Origin: a virus
Lineage: Duplodnaviria > Caudoviricetes
DNA length: 40,866 nucleotides
Strand: one strand, 5' to 3'
IMG/VR virus record: IMGVR_UViG_3300045187_000097
Coordinates: 1-40,866 of that record
The notes under the pieces were generated by a model. The model ran no database searches, was not told the origin of the DNA, and worked only from the letters and a program-made list of their open reading frames with translations. Shown here one piece after another: positions 18,474 through 26,378 of this stretch (position 1 is its first letter; each line of letters starts with the position of its first letter). Made by a program: the position numbers and the translations under genes.

Positions 18474-19765
18474 CTTCTTCTTCCAAAAATAGAAATATCT
18501 TTAAGGCTAGTCACAGGTTTTATGATCGGGAACCGCTTAGCCAAAGGATAACCACCCGCATCGCCTACATGGTCTAATCCTGCAGTTTTATCAGGCATCC
18601 CGAATTTGTCATAAACTTGCTGTTCTAGAGTTTCAGTGAAACGAGGACATTTATTTGTATTAACTCTCAACGTACGCTCACCATCGCCATTTAGAATTAA
18701 TGCATTCACCGCATTAATACGATCTTTAATCGCGGGGTTAGTTCCATCAACCTCAACCCTAAAACCCTTGTCTCGTAAAATTTGGTGATCTGATTCACTG
18801 CTATTTTTTGAAGATGTGGCTTGACCAGCTGCATCAGGAATTACTGTCATTTCATGAAATGGAAAACGCTCAATGAGTAATGTTGCCATGGTTGGTGTAT
18901 CTCTCACCCCAACTATTTCATCCAAGGCAAGAGGCTTACCATCACGCATGACATAAACAACTGCAGCCATTTTTAAAACGTTAAAGTCCATACCAATGAT
19001 CAAATGCTCTCTAGGTTGAATCTCTTCATCTGTATGATTGAGCTTTCGATCAAAATCAGGATAAACCGCACCACTGGTCAAGTTCACAAACTGACCTTTT
19101 AAATACGCTGAGATTAACTGTGGCGGGTATGATTCAAACAAAGATGAAATATAATCATCTGGTAAATTGTTTTCATTGTCATAAGTTGAAGCTTGTATCA
19201 TTCCATATAGCTTTCGTTTTGCTGCCGTTGAGTTTGCCTCTTTTACGAATTGCTCATAAGTAAATTTGAAACCCTCAGGTGTGGTCGCAACATCGATTCC
19301 ATTCATTAGACCAGGATGTTTCACACGCATACGCGCAATAATTTTACGCCATGCCTGTTGAGCCTTGTCCTTATTCATGACATCGAGTTCATCAATTAGA
19401 GAGTGACCAACCTTAAAACCTACGATCGTTTGCGGTTTCTCCATTGATCTACAAATAACAGTACTGCGGTACTGTCGACCGTAGTACAGATCAACCTCTT
19501 TATTCGATTCGTATATTTTTGTCTTCAATCCCCAGTCAAATGCAACTTCATCTATGGTTGGAAAAAAGATATCTCGGATCTGCGGATATGTTGGGGCAAA
19601 ATAACCTAAAGGTACTTTTGGAAATTCCCAAGACTTATCACAGAGGCTTGAACACCCTACCCAAGTCTTGCCACTACCAAACCCTGCAACAAAGGCACGA
19701 AATTTATTCGGAAGTTGTAGAAACCTCGCCTGAGGCACGTTCAGCGTCGGGTTGATATTCGGCAT
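18470..19765 (-). CDS. terL: Terminase large subunit
   Basis: Walker A AGFGSGKT, Walker B LIDELD, ATTPEG, nuclease IGMDFN and DHVGDAGGY; start probably at the ATG at 19765. Confidence 0.95.
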   Translation of the reverse strand: MPNINPTLNVPQARFLQLPNKFRAFVAGFGSGKTWVGCSSLCDKSWEFPKVPLGYFAPTYPQIRDIFFPTIDEVAFDWGLKTKIYESNKEVDLYYGRQYRSTVICRSMEKPQTIVGFKVGHSLIDELDVMNKDKAQQAWRKIIARMRVKHPGLMNGIDVATTPEGFKFTYEQFVKEANSTAAKRKLYGMIQASTYDNENNLPDDYISSLFESYPPQLISAYLKGQFVNLTSGAVYPDFDRKLNHTDEEIQPREHLIIGMDFNVLKMAAVVYVMRDGKPLALDEIVGVRDTPTMATLLIERFPFHEMTVIPDAAGQATSSKNSSESDHQILRDKGFRVEVDGTNPAIKDRINAVNALILNGDGERTLRVNTNKCPRFTETLEQQVYDKFGMPDKTAGLDHVGDAGGYPLAKRFPIIKPVTSLKDISIFGRRR

Positions 19766-20246
19766 CTTGTTTACTCGCATCTACAACTTGAATGGTGACT
19801 TTCACTGGCGTCGGATCATCTGCACCATCTCCATCACCTGTTTTGATTCGTTCAATTTCAAGTTGCTTTAATTGAATATCCAGGAGCTGAATCTCATAAC
19901 CATGCATCTCATCTTTGAATTGTTTGATCAGCTTGGTTTTTAGAATTCTATTAACCTTTGGATCGTTATATATATTCTGTAATTCCTTGAGACGTACTGC
20001 TTTATTTGCTAAAGGGATATCGAAAACATTCGTCCTAAAATCATTTCTAGTTTGATGAAATAGATTCTTTAGTTTTTTGCTTAGATTTTTTCCCGCAAGT
20101 TTTGTTGGGTCATAAGCAGCGCACTGCCTTCTATCTATTTCTATCCCGTATTCTTGTTTGACAGCATGTGCAACCTGTTGGGGTGTATCAAAGCAAGCAA
20201 GAGACTGAACTATAAAGATTTTTACAGGCTCCCTTAATGTTGCCAT
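19704..20246 (-). CDS. terS: Terminase small subunit (DUF2280-like)
   Basis: FIVQSLACFDTPQQV...YDPTK..G.NLS; directly upstream of and overlapping terL. Confidence 0.8.
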   Translation of the reverse strand: MATLREPVKIFIVQSLACFDTPQQVAHAVKQEYGIEIDRRQCAAYDPTKLAGKNLSKKLKNLFHQTRNDFRTNVFDIPLANKAVRLKELQNIYNDPKVNRILKTKLIKQFKDEMHGYEIQLLDIQLKQLEIERIKTGDGDGADDPTPVKVTIQVVDASKQDAEYQPDAERASGEVSTTSE

Positions 20247-20304
20247 AAATACACCTTTGTCAAACTACGTCAAACAAGATAGCCAAAAAAAAGAGCCTCA
20301 AGGC

Positions 20305-20946
20305 TCAGTTAATTAGACATGTTCCGCAGCATTTTGTTATTTCCAACTCTGAAACAAACGGCGGGTTTTGAGCGACTGCGACCATGCGCTTAACGTCCTC
20401 ACTTGCTCCCCAGCGTTTGACCACTCCTATAAATTCCTCAACGTCATGACCTGCTAAATAATGTTTTGGTAAGCCTGTATGATCGCTGTAGAGTATTTCC
20501 CCTTCCTCATCACGCTCTACACCTATATGGTACAGCTCATGCTCAATCAAAGCACAAAATTCACGATCATTCGCACGTTCACAAAAGCTTGCATCTACAG
20601 TGATGAGATAAACTGGAACAAACCCAAACCAATCACGCATTTGTTGTTGTTGCCGAGCTTTACGCCATCCGCCCTGGTTAAACATAACCTTTTCACATTG
20701 ACCTAATACCATTCTCTTTTTAGCAACGGCGGCAGATGACGCCCAAGCGAAAGCTAAGAATGTTTCGTCATCATGAAGTAATTCAGCTATGTGGTCATGG
20801 TCGGGATTATGTAATGTACCGCCAAGCGTTAGAAAATTGGTTACTACCCATTCTTTTAGATCCGCTGCAGGTGCCAAGCGAATCGCTTCCTCTTCCTCAG
20901 CTTGATCAATCAGGTCTGTTGGTGGAAATGGTCTGATCTGTTCCAT
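20305..20946 (-). CDS. Putative phage metallopeptidase
   Basis: HELYH (HExxH) plus GHDVEEF motif. Confidence 0.8.
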   Translation of the reverse strand: MEQIRPFPPTDLIDQAEEEEAIRLAPAADLKEWVVTNFLTLGGTLHNPDHDHIAELLHDDETFLAFAWASSAAVAKKRMVLGQCEKVMFNQGGWRKARQQQQMRDWFGFVPVYLITVDASFCERANDREFCALIEHELYHIGVERDEEGEILYSDHTGLPKHYLAGHDVEEFIGVVKRWGASEDVKRMVAVAQNPPFVSELEITKCCGTCLIN

Positions 20947-21382
20947 TGAAAATATGCCTCTTCAAATTCTTAAGCCACTGACTAGAAAAATTAGCTTCGA
21001 TCTGTAATGGTCCATCTTCCTGAATTTTATATCTTGGTGCTGACTCTAATCGGATCACGGTGTAACCCATATCGGCAGCAACATCGTAACGTTCCATACT
21101 CCAAGCTTTATCTTTTAGGTTACCTTTGCGACCTACCGACCATGGTCCGCCTGAGATCTCAACTAAAATTCTTTGTTCAATAAGATGAAAATCGAATCGC
21201 CAATGTTTAGTTGATTCAAATTGGAATAATTTTTCATACTTAATATTCAATACAATCAGCGATTGCTCAAAGTCTTTAAAAGCTTCTAAGTATGCTTCTT
21301 TTGCCTTAGGCAATGGTCTTGTTCTTGATTTTGTTTTAACTGACTGTTTTTTAGTTAGGATGGTGTATTGGCTTATATCCAT
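20906..21382 (-). CDS. PD-(D/E)XK / DUF559-like endonuclease-fold protein
   Basis: WRFDFH...ILVEISGG; paralog of 29208-29621; start probably MDISQY at 21382, downstream of a terminator. Confidence 0.7.
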   Translation of the reverse strand: MDISQYTILTKKQSVKTKSRTRPLPKAKEAYLEAFKDFEQSLIVLNIKYEKLFQFESTKHWRFDFHLIEQRILVEISGGPWSVGRKGNLKDKAWSMERYDVAADMGYTVIRLESAPRYKIQEDGPLQIEANFSSQWLKNLKRHIFNGTDQTISTNRPD

Positions 21383-21397
21383 AAAGGCATCTTCATT

Positions 21398-21421
21398 AAA
21401 AAACCTCCCGAAGGAGGTTTT
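21398..21421. terminator. Intrinsic terminator
   Basis: aaaacctcc-cgaa-ggaggtttt. Confidence 0.7.
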
Positions 21422-21428
21422 ACTTACG

Positions 21429-21875
21429 TTACCAAGGGCAACTTTCTTTTTCACCATTAGCAACATTTTTATATTTCGGGAAACTACGTTTCCACATTCC
21501 AGTTGCCGCCACCAATTCCACTTTAATACTGTTTGAATCTGCAATTTTTGATAAATCTACATCTAATCCATATTTTTTAGTTTTTGGTGACGAACCAAAA
21601 TAAATAGAATATTTGATATGGTTAATATCTTTGGTTTTATCAAACCCTTGATCAACCCCAACTCGCGCATGATTTAAGTATATTTTTGAATGGTCTAAGT
21701 TGTAGTAGCATTTCTTAAAAAATTCATCAAAACTACTCTCAACTGTATCCAACTCCTTATCAACAATGAATTGATATCTAGTATTGCTTTTTTCCTGAAG
21801 TTCTTGTGAACTCTTAGGCATACCTACACAAGCTGTCAGAGTAAAAATAAATGAGATAATGATGATTAATTTCAT
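21429..21875 (-). CDS. Putative lipoprotein (moron)
   Basis: MKLIIIISFIFTLTA-C lipobox. Confidence 0.75.
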   Translation of the reverse strand: MKLIIIISFIFTLTACVGMPKSSQELQEKSNTRYQFIVDKELDTVESSFDEFFKKCYYNLDHSKIYLNHARVGVDQGFDKTKDINHIKYSIYFGSSPKTKKYGLDVDLSKIADSNSIKVELVAATGMWKRSFPKYKNVANGEKESCPW

Positions 21876-21914
21876 ATTTTTAGTTAACTATTGAGATTAT
21901 TGTTAATAAAACTA

Positions 21915-22103
21915 TCATTGACGATATGTAGTTTTCAACTCCAATTTAATATTCTTCACATACTTATTAATCTGCTTAACCCTCAACTCGCACTGATTCC
22001 TAAACTCCCAAGTGGAATTAAGATGATTAAGTGAGTGTAAGCGTGCTTTGTCTTGTCCAAGTAGTTTTAGATTCTTTAGTACTTCGACTCGATTCATCTT
22101 CAC
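21915..22103 (-). CDS. Hypothetical phage protein
   Basis: 62-aa helical ORF with GAGGA RBS. Confidence 0.55.
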   Translation of the reverse strand: MKMNRVEVLKNLKLLGQDKARLHSLNHLNSTWEFRNQCELRVKQINKYVKNIKLELKTTYRQ

Positions 22104-22118
22104 TTTCCTCTAGGCATT

Positions 22119-22142
22119 AAAAAACCCCAACAGTGTGGGGTT
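22119..22142 (-). terminator. Intrinsic terminator
   Basis: aacccca-acagtg-tggggtt followed by a T-run. Confidence 0.6.
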
Positions 22143-22156
22143 AAGTTTTACAAATA

Positions 22157-22387
22157 TTAGAATGGCTTTACGCTTACACTAAGAAGAATTTCATTTTCTC
22201 TAGTTTGAGTAGACTTATAGTTGTAACTTTTTGACTCACAGTATTCTTTAAATTTTTCAAGAGCATTATCCTCAATTGAGTATTCAGCAATTTCTAGCTG
22301 GACCACATTGCCACTAATGAAATTAGGATCTTGAGTAATTCCATAAAAAATATCTTCAAAAGTAGTTTTGAAAGTAGTTGGACGCAT
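22157..22387 (-). CDS. Hypothetical protein
   Basis: AAGGA RBS; own terminator. Confidence 0.65.
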   Translation of the reverse strand: MRPTTFKTTFEDIFYGITQDPNFISGNVVQLEIAEYSIEDNALEKFKEYCESKSYNYKSTQTRENEILLSVSVKPF

Positions 22388-22495
22388 CGCGATTCCTTAT
22401 GAATCTAAAAATATAACCACCATTCTAGCACAATTTTCATGCAGTTTGATTTCGCAAAAAACCATAACTATTTGTATTATATGCATATCTTAATT

Positions 22496-22576
22496 TTAGA
22501 TTGGTTTTACCTTCCCACACTTCCCACACTCTCTCACCGTAAAGAAATCTGAATATTCCCAAATATGACGGCAGAA
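22496..22576 (-). pseudogene. 3' remnant of a small Cys/His zinc-finger-like gene
   Basis: FCRHIWEYSDFFTVRECGKCGKVKPI*; no start, in-frame stop upstream; paralog at 23903-24016. Confidence 0.6.
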
Positions 22577-22743
22577 GGTCTTTTATTGGTTGCTACTTAA
22601 TCGCTTGCAATTAAATCTATGTAAAAATCACTTTACAATCCAGTTCTCTCCTAGGTTAGTGCAACATAGCCTCCTCAAATTAAAGTTTAAATTAAAGAAG
22701 AATTAATATTTAATATAGCTATCTAAATTTATGACAAATTTTT

Positions 22744-23187
22744 ATGATTTCTTATTCATTGTTGACTTCATCAGATGTTGATGAATGTGCTGAACTATAT
22801 ATATTAACTTACAAAGAAAAGCCATGGTCAGAAGAGTGGGATTCTAGCCAACCGATAAAAACCTTTATTCGAACACATCTTCAAAATAATTTTTTCAAAG
22901 GTTTTATTATGAAAATTAATGAACAAATAATAGGTGTTTGTATTGGTTTCCAAAAGCCTTGGCCAATGGGAATAGAATATTATATTGATGAATTTTTTAT
23001 CCATCCTGCTTTTCAAGGAAAAGGTTTTGGCAAGAAATTCATGACTGAAATCGAAAAATATTGTCTAAATGATGGATTAAATGCAATATTACTTAATACA
23101 CAAAAAGGTTATAAATCAGAGACTTTTTATAAAAATAATGGTTTCAGTGAACATAATGGACTGATAATATTATCGAAAGATTTATAA
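22744..23187 (+). CDS. GNAT family N-acetyltransferase
   Basis: EPWSEEW, YYIDEFFIHPAFQGKGFGKKF (acetyl-CoA motif A), FYKNNGF. Confidence 0.9.
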   Translation: MISYSLLTSSDVDECAELYILTYKEKPWSEEWDSSQPIKTFIRTHLQNNFFKGFIMKINEQIIGVCIGFQKPWPMGIEYYIDEFFIHPAFQGKGFGKKFMTEIEKYCLNDGLNAILLNTQKGYKSETFYKNNGFSEHNGLIILSKDL

Positions 23188-23250
23188 ATTATTGTTTTCT
23201 TAATTAGAATGCCAACTATTTTCCATGTAAGCCTAATTATTATTTATGCA

Positions 23251-23295
23251 AAAAAATACCCACTTCATTCAGAGTAAAAGTGGGTATATAAATCA
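23251..23295 (-). terminator. Large-loop terminator-like hairpin (copy 1)
   Basis: atacccac...gtgggtat stem followed by a T-run on the minus strand; second copy at 26007-26050. Confidence 0.5.
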
Positions 23296-23302
23296 AAATA
23301 TT

Positions 23303-23364
23303 GTGGATTACCATAACTTGGTCCACTATAGCAGAAATATGCCATACCCTGCATATACATTCAA
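23303..23364 (-). promoter_or_regulatory. pR'-like late promoter, copy B
   Basis: TTGAAT-17-CATATT followed by a -10-like TATAGT element and a gtgga...tccac hairpin; near-identical copy at 24385-24446. Confidence 0.55.
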
Positions 23365-23550
23365 GTAGATAGAATTTCCTTAAAATATGTTTTAACTTTT
23401 ATAATTTTTTTCAGTTACAAAGTGTGGATAACTTGATTTTATGAAAGCTAAACAGCACTCAATGCCATGCTGAATTTAAGCAATATAGATATCATTATTT
23501 TTTAGTAATTTCACGCAATAAATTACCTTTCCCAATTTTCTGTAGGCATT

Positions 23551-23574
23551 AAAAAACCACCTTTGAGGTGGTTT
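23551..23574. terminator. Intrinsic terminator
   Basis: aaaccacc-tttga-ggtggttt. Confidence 0.7.
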
Positions 23575-23586
23575 CGAAGGTTATAT

Positions 23587-23817
23587 CTAAAAACTATAAT
23601 CGTTAGGTTCTTGGCCAGAAATTCTTTTTGACAATTCTACATCTGAAGGTACTCCAAATTCTTTTTTAAGATTTATTGAATAACATTCTATACGAATAAA
23701 ATCATAGCAGTTGTCGAATGTGTTTTCTAATCCACTACCCTTTAAATATGATAGATATTTTTCTTTAAGCAACTTCCTATTCTGATCAGCCCAATATAAA
23801 TCATTTGATTTGCTCAT
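23587..23817 (-). CDS. Hypothetical protein (moron)
   Basis: 76 aa, AT-rich, own terminator. Confidence 0.6.
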   Translation of the reverse strand: MSKSNDLYWADQNRKLLKEKYLSYLKGSGLENTFDNCYDFIRIECYSINLKKEFGVPSDVELSKRISGQEPNDYSF

Positions 23818-23902
23818 TGCCTTTAAACTCTGATTAAAATTTAATTAAAAATATACCAATCAAACATTCAAATCAAGTTCAAAATAAAGCTATGTTGCTG
23901 TT

Positions 23903-24016
23903 TTATATATATTTATATATCAATATATACTCATTAACTTTGCGACACTCTCTCACCGTAAAGAAATCTGTATATTCCCAAACGTGTCGGCAGAGGATTT
24001 GTTTTATCACCTTCAT
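23903..24016 (-). pseudogene. Small zinc-finger-like gene with a replaced 3' end
   Basis: MKVIKQILCRHVWEYTDFFTVRECRKVNEYILIYKYI*; lacks the final Cys seen in the copy at 22496. Confidence 0.55.
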
Positions 24017-24104
24017 TTTGTCACCCGAAATGTCAAAACATTTCCATTAAAAATCATCTTCTTGTGAAGTAACTTTAAATAAAAATGTCAAAGGTTTTGG
24101 CAAC

Positions 24105-24131
24105 AAAAAAGCCCACTGAAAAGTGAGCTTT
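24105..24131 (-). terminator. Intrinsic terminator
   Basis: aaagcccact-gaaa-agtgagcttt. Confidence 0.6.
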
Positions 24132-24141
24132 AAAAAATAAA

Positions 24142-24357
24142 TTATTTAAGATTTACAGGGAAACAGTTTGCATTTGTATAATTAGAACTCATGCTTCTTT
24201 GATTGTGATACCGACCACGATCATAATCACTCATTGTTGATGTAATATTATCAGAATATGACTGATTAAACCTACAATAAGCATCTTTGCCACCCATATC
24301 GTAAGAGCTAACACATGAAACTAAAAATAGTGGTGTGATAAGTGCTAAGTTTTTCAT
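24142..24357 (-). CDS. Small putative lipoprotein
   Basis: MKNLALITPLFLVS-C lipobox-like; two further Cys. Confidence 0.65.
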   Translation of the reverse strand: MKNLALITPLFLVSCVSSYDMGGKDAYCRFNQSYSDNITSTMSDYDRGRYHNQRSMSSNYTNANCFPVNLK

Positions 24358-24384
24358 TTAAATTTAATATTTCTATAAGCTTGA

Positions 24385-24446
24385 GTGGATTACCATAACT
24401 TCGTCCACTATAACAGAAATATGCCATATGCCTTGCGCAAGGTCAA
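24385..24446 (-). promoter_or_regulatory. pR'-like late promoter, copy A
   Basis: TTGACC-17-CATATT, then -10-like TATAGT; palindrome CCTTGCGCAAGG (24431-24442) at the -35/spacer. Confidence 0.6.
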
Positions 24447-24471
24447 TACTTCAAGATAATTCAATAAAGAT

Positions 24472-24690
24472 TTATTTCGCATCTATTGATTTCAAAAAAC
24501 CCTTTCTCATCTGTCTCGCTCTACGAATTAGACCTAATATCTCTTTACGATCTATTATTTCATCATCGCTATAAGGTAAGTTTCTCATCAGTTCATTGAT
24601 TGGCAGATTGCTATTCTCGATGAGATAACAGTCTTGCTCAGTAGTCCAGTTCGATATTGGAAATTGATGTTTTTTGCGTTGTCTTTTCAT
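24472..24690 (-). CDS. Hypothetical protein, possible Myb/HTH-like
   Basis: WTTEQDCYL...EIIDRKEILGL pattern; basic. Confidence 0.6.
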   Translation of the reverse strand: MKRQRKKHQFPISNWTTEQDCYLIENSNLPINELMRNLPYSDDEIIDRKEILGLIRRARQMRKGFLKSIDAK

Positions 24691-24858
24691 ATATGTATTT
24701 TAATCAAATTTCGAACATTTAAAAAGTTCATTTTTATATGCTTTATTTTCAAAAAACAATCAAATAATTAAAGATGAATCATTGAAATCAAATAAAAAAT
24801 ACTCGTTGATTGGAGAAAACGGGCATATAAAATTATTAAGGTTTTGTAGCAAACTAAT

Positions 24859-25110
24859 TTACTTCCAAAAAACTGAAAATACAAAGTTGTTCTCTACTGT
24901 GTTTACTTTAACTTTATATCCAGCATCTTTGAATTCTTCACTCAATTTTTCAACTTCTTTAAAATTTATCAACTTCGAAATACGTTCACTTGCATATAAC
25001 TCACCTTCATCAGCTCGAACTTTAATTTGATTTTTAAAATATTTTTTAAATTGTTCAATTGAACTTAGGTCAATTAAATTTGAACTATTTGCTATATCAG
25101 CTGATAACAT
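24859..25110 (-). CDS. Hypothetical protein
   Basis: GAGGG RBS; 83 aa. Confidence 0.65.
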   Translation of the reverse strand: MLSADIANSSNLIDLSSIEQFKKYFKNQIKVRADEGELYASERISKLINFKEVEKLSEEFKDAGYKVKVNTVENNFVFSVFWK

Positions 25111-25496
25111 TGAAAACCCTCAATAAAATTAGTAATACAGTTTAAAATTTCAATCACAGTCAGTGATGTATTTCTTAAACTGTATATAACAATCATCTAT
25201 ATTTTAATTACTTTGAGGCAATGACGACATACGGTCAGATGACCATCTGTACAGTAGTGCGTGTCAAATACCTGATGTGAACCTAAGAAGCATTTAAAAT
25301 ATTGAACCATATTATTTACTCCTTCTAAAGCATATGTTTTTCTAAGCTAATAATTAAAATTGAGATTAGAAATAATTAAAAGTTATACAACTCGAGACAT
25401 AACGACTATGCACAAAGAACATGCATATATTAAAATGCAATATGTCATCTATTTTAATAACACTATTATTCTTATTTATCTGTTGGTATTTTATTT

Positions 25497-25526
25497 AAAA
25501 AAAAGCCTATTCAATACAAATAGGCT
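25497..25526 (-). terminator. Terminator after the csp gene
   Basis: agcctatt...aataggct followed by a T-run. Confidence 0.6.
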
Positions 25527-25542
25527 CTTGGAAACTTTCAAA

Positions 25543-25752
25543 TTAGACCAACGTTATACCACTTGCTTGTGGTCCTTTTTTTCCCTCAGTAATCGTAAAT
25601 TGTACACGTTGACCTTCTAATAAAACTCGAAAGCCGTCAGCTTGGATTTCACTAAAATGAGCGAATACATCTGAACCATTATCTACAGCAGTAAAACCAA
25701 AACCTTTAGTTTCATTAAACCATTTAACAGTACCAGTTGATAAATTTGACAT
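25543..25752 (-). CDS. csp: Cold-shock domain protein (CspA family)
   Basis: [14 protein letters not shown] (RNP1), DVFAHFS (RNP2), GKKGPQA. Confidence 0.95.
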   Translation of the reverse strand: MSNLSTGTVKWFNETKGFGFTAVDNGSDVFAHFSEIQADGFRVLLEGQRVQFTITEGKKGPQASGITLV

Positions 25753-25782
25753 ATTTTTCTCGTATAATTAAGTAAAAGTTTT

Positions 25783-25995
25783 TTAGTTCAGCATTTTGTA
25801 TTCTTGATCAGTTAACACTGCAACAAAAGCACCCTCAACAACAACCCACCGATTTTCAGGAATCCATAACTTCTTTCTTTCATTAAGTATCAGAAATAAT
25901 TGATTTGGATTTTCTAAATCTAATGAAAAATCTAGCCCTAATGTTATTGCAGCTTTCAAAAAATCATTAGTATTTCTAATAAAGAAAGACTTCAT
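25783..25995 (-). CDS. Hypothetical protein
   Basis: AAGGA RBS; 70 aa; upstream of csp. Confidence 0.65.
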   Translation of the reverse strand: MKSFFIRNTNDFLKAAITLGLDFSLDLENPNQLFLILNERKKLWIPENRWVVVEGAFVAVLTDQEYKMLN

Positions 25996-26006
25996 TAAAG
26001 GTCCTT

Positions 26007-26050
26007 AAAAAAATACCCACATAGAGGTGGTTCAGTGGGTATATAAATCA
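26007..26050 (-). repeat. Large-loop hairpin (copy 2)
   Basis: aaaaatacccac...gtgggtatataaatca, same arms as 23251-23295. Confidence 0.55.
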
Positions 26051-26378
26051 TGAAACAAAGCAAATGAAAGATATACTAAGTCCAATACGTTGAAAATATT
26101 ACATATTATTTTTATGTGATCAATGATAGCAATATGTTCAATAATTTTATTTTTCCTTTAAAATCAATAACCTTACCCATAATTAGATACAAAGTGTAAT
26201 ATTAATATACATACACACAACAATTTTTTGTGATGAAAAACACTAAATTTTCAATAATTTAGATTGAATATACTTTATTAAATATGATCTTTTGTTGTCT
26301 TGTATTTCATACAATTTGATTGCCTTACTAAGCACTGTTCTATACTATTTTTATGAATTATGAGTTTCTCTGTCTTTT

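Noticed and set aside
10045-20936. Antisense or alternate-frame ORFs within tail tube, head, portal, terminase and peptidase genes
   Set aside because: No independent support; they overlap conserved structural genes.
21383-21544. N-terminal extension of the 20906-21544 ORF
   Set aside because: Overlaps the lipoprotein gene and crosses a terminator; the start at 21382 is more plausible.
22511-22530. 9-bp tandem repeat cttcccaca
   Set aside because: Simply encodes CGK-CGK in the zinc-finger remnant.
24782-25620. Plus-strand ORFs 24782-25030 and 25360-25620
   Set aside because: TTG starts, overlap better-supported minus-strand genes or a terminator, and look like AT-rich noise.
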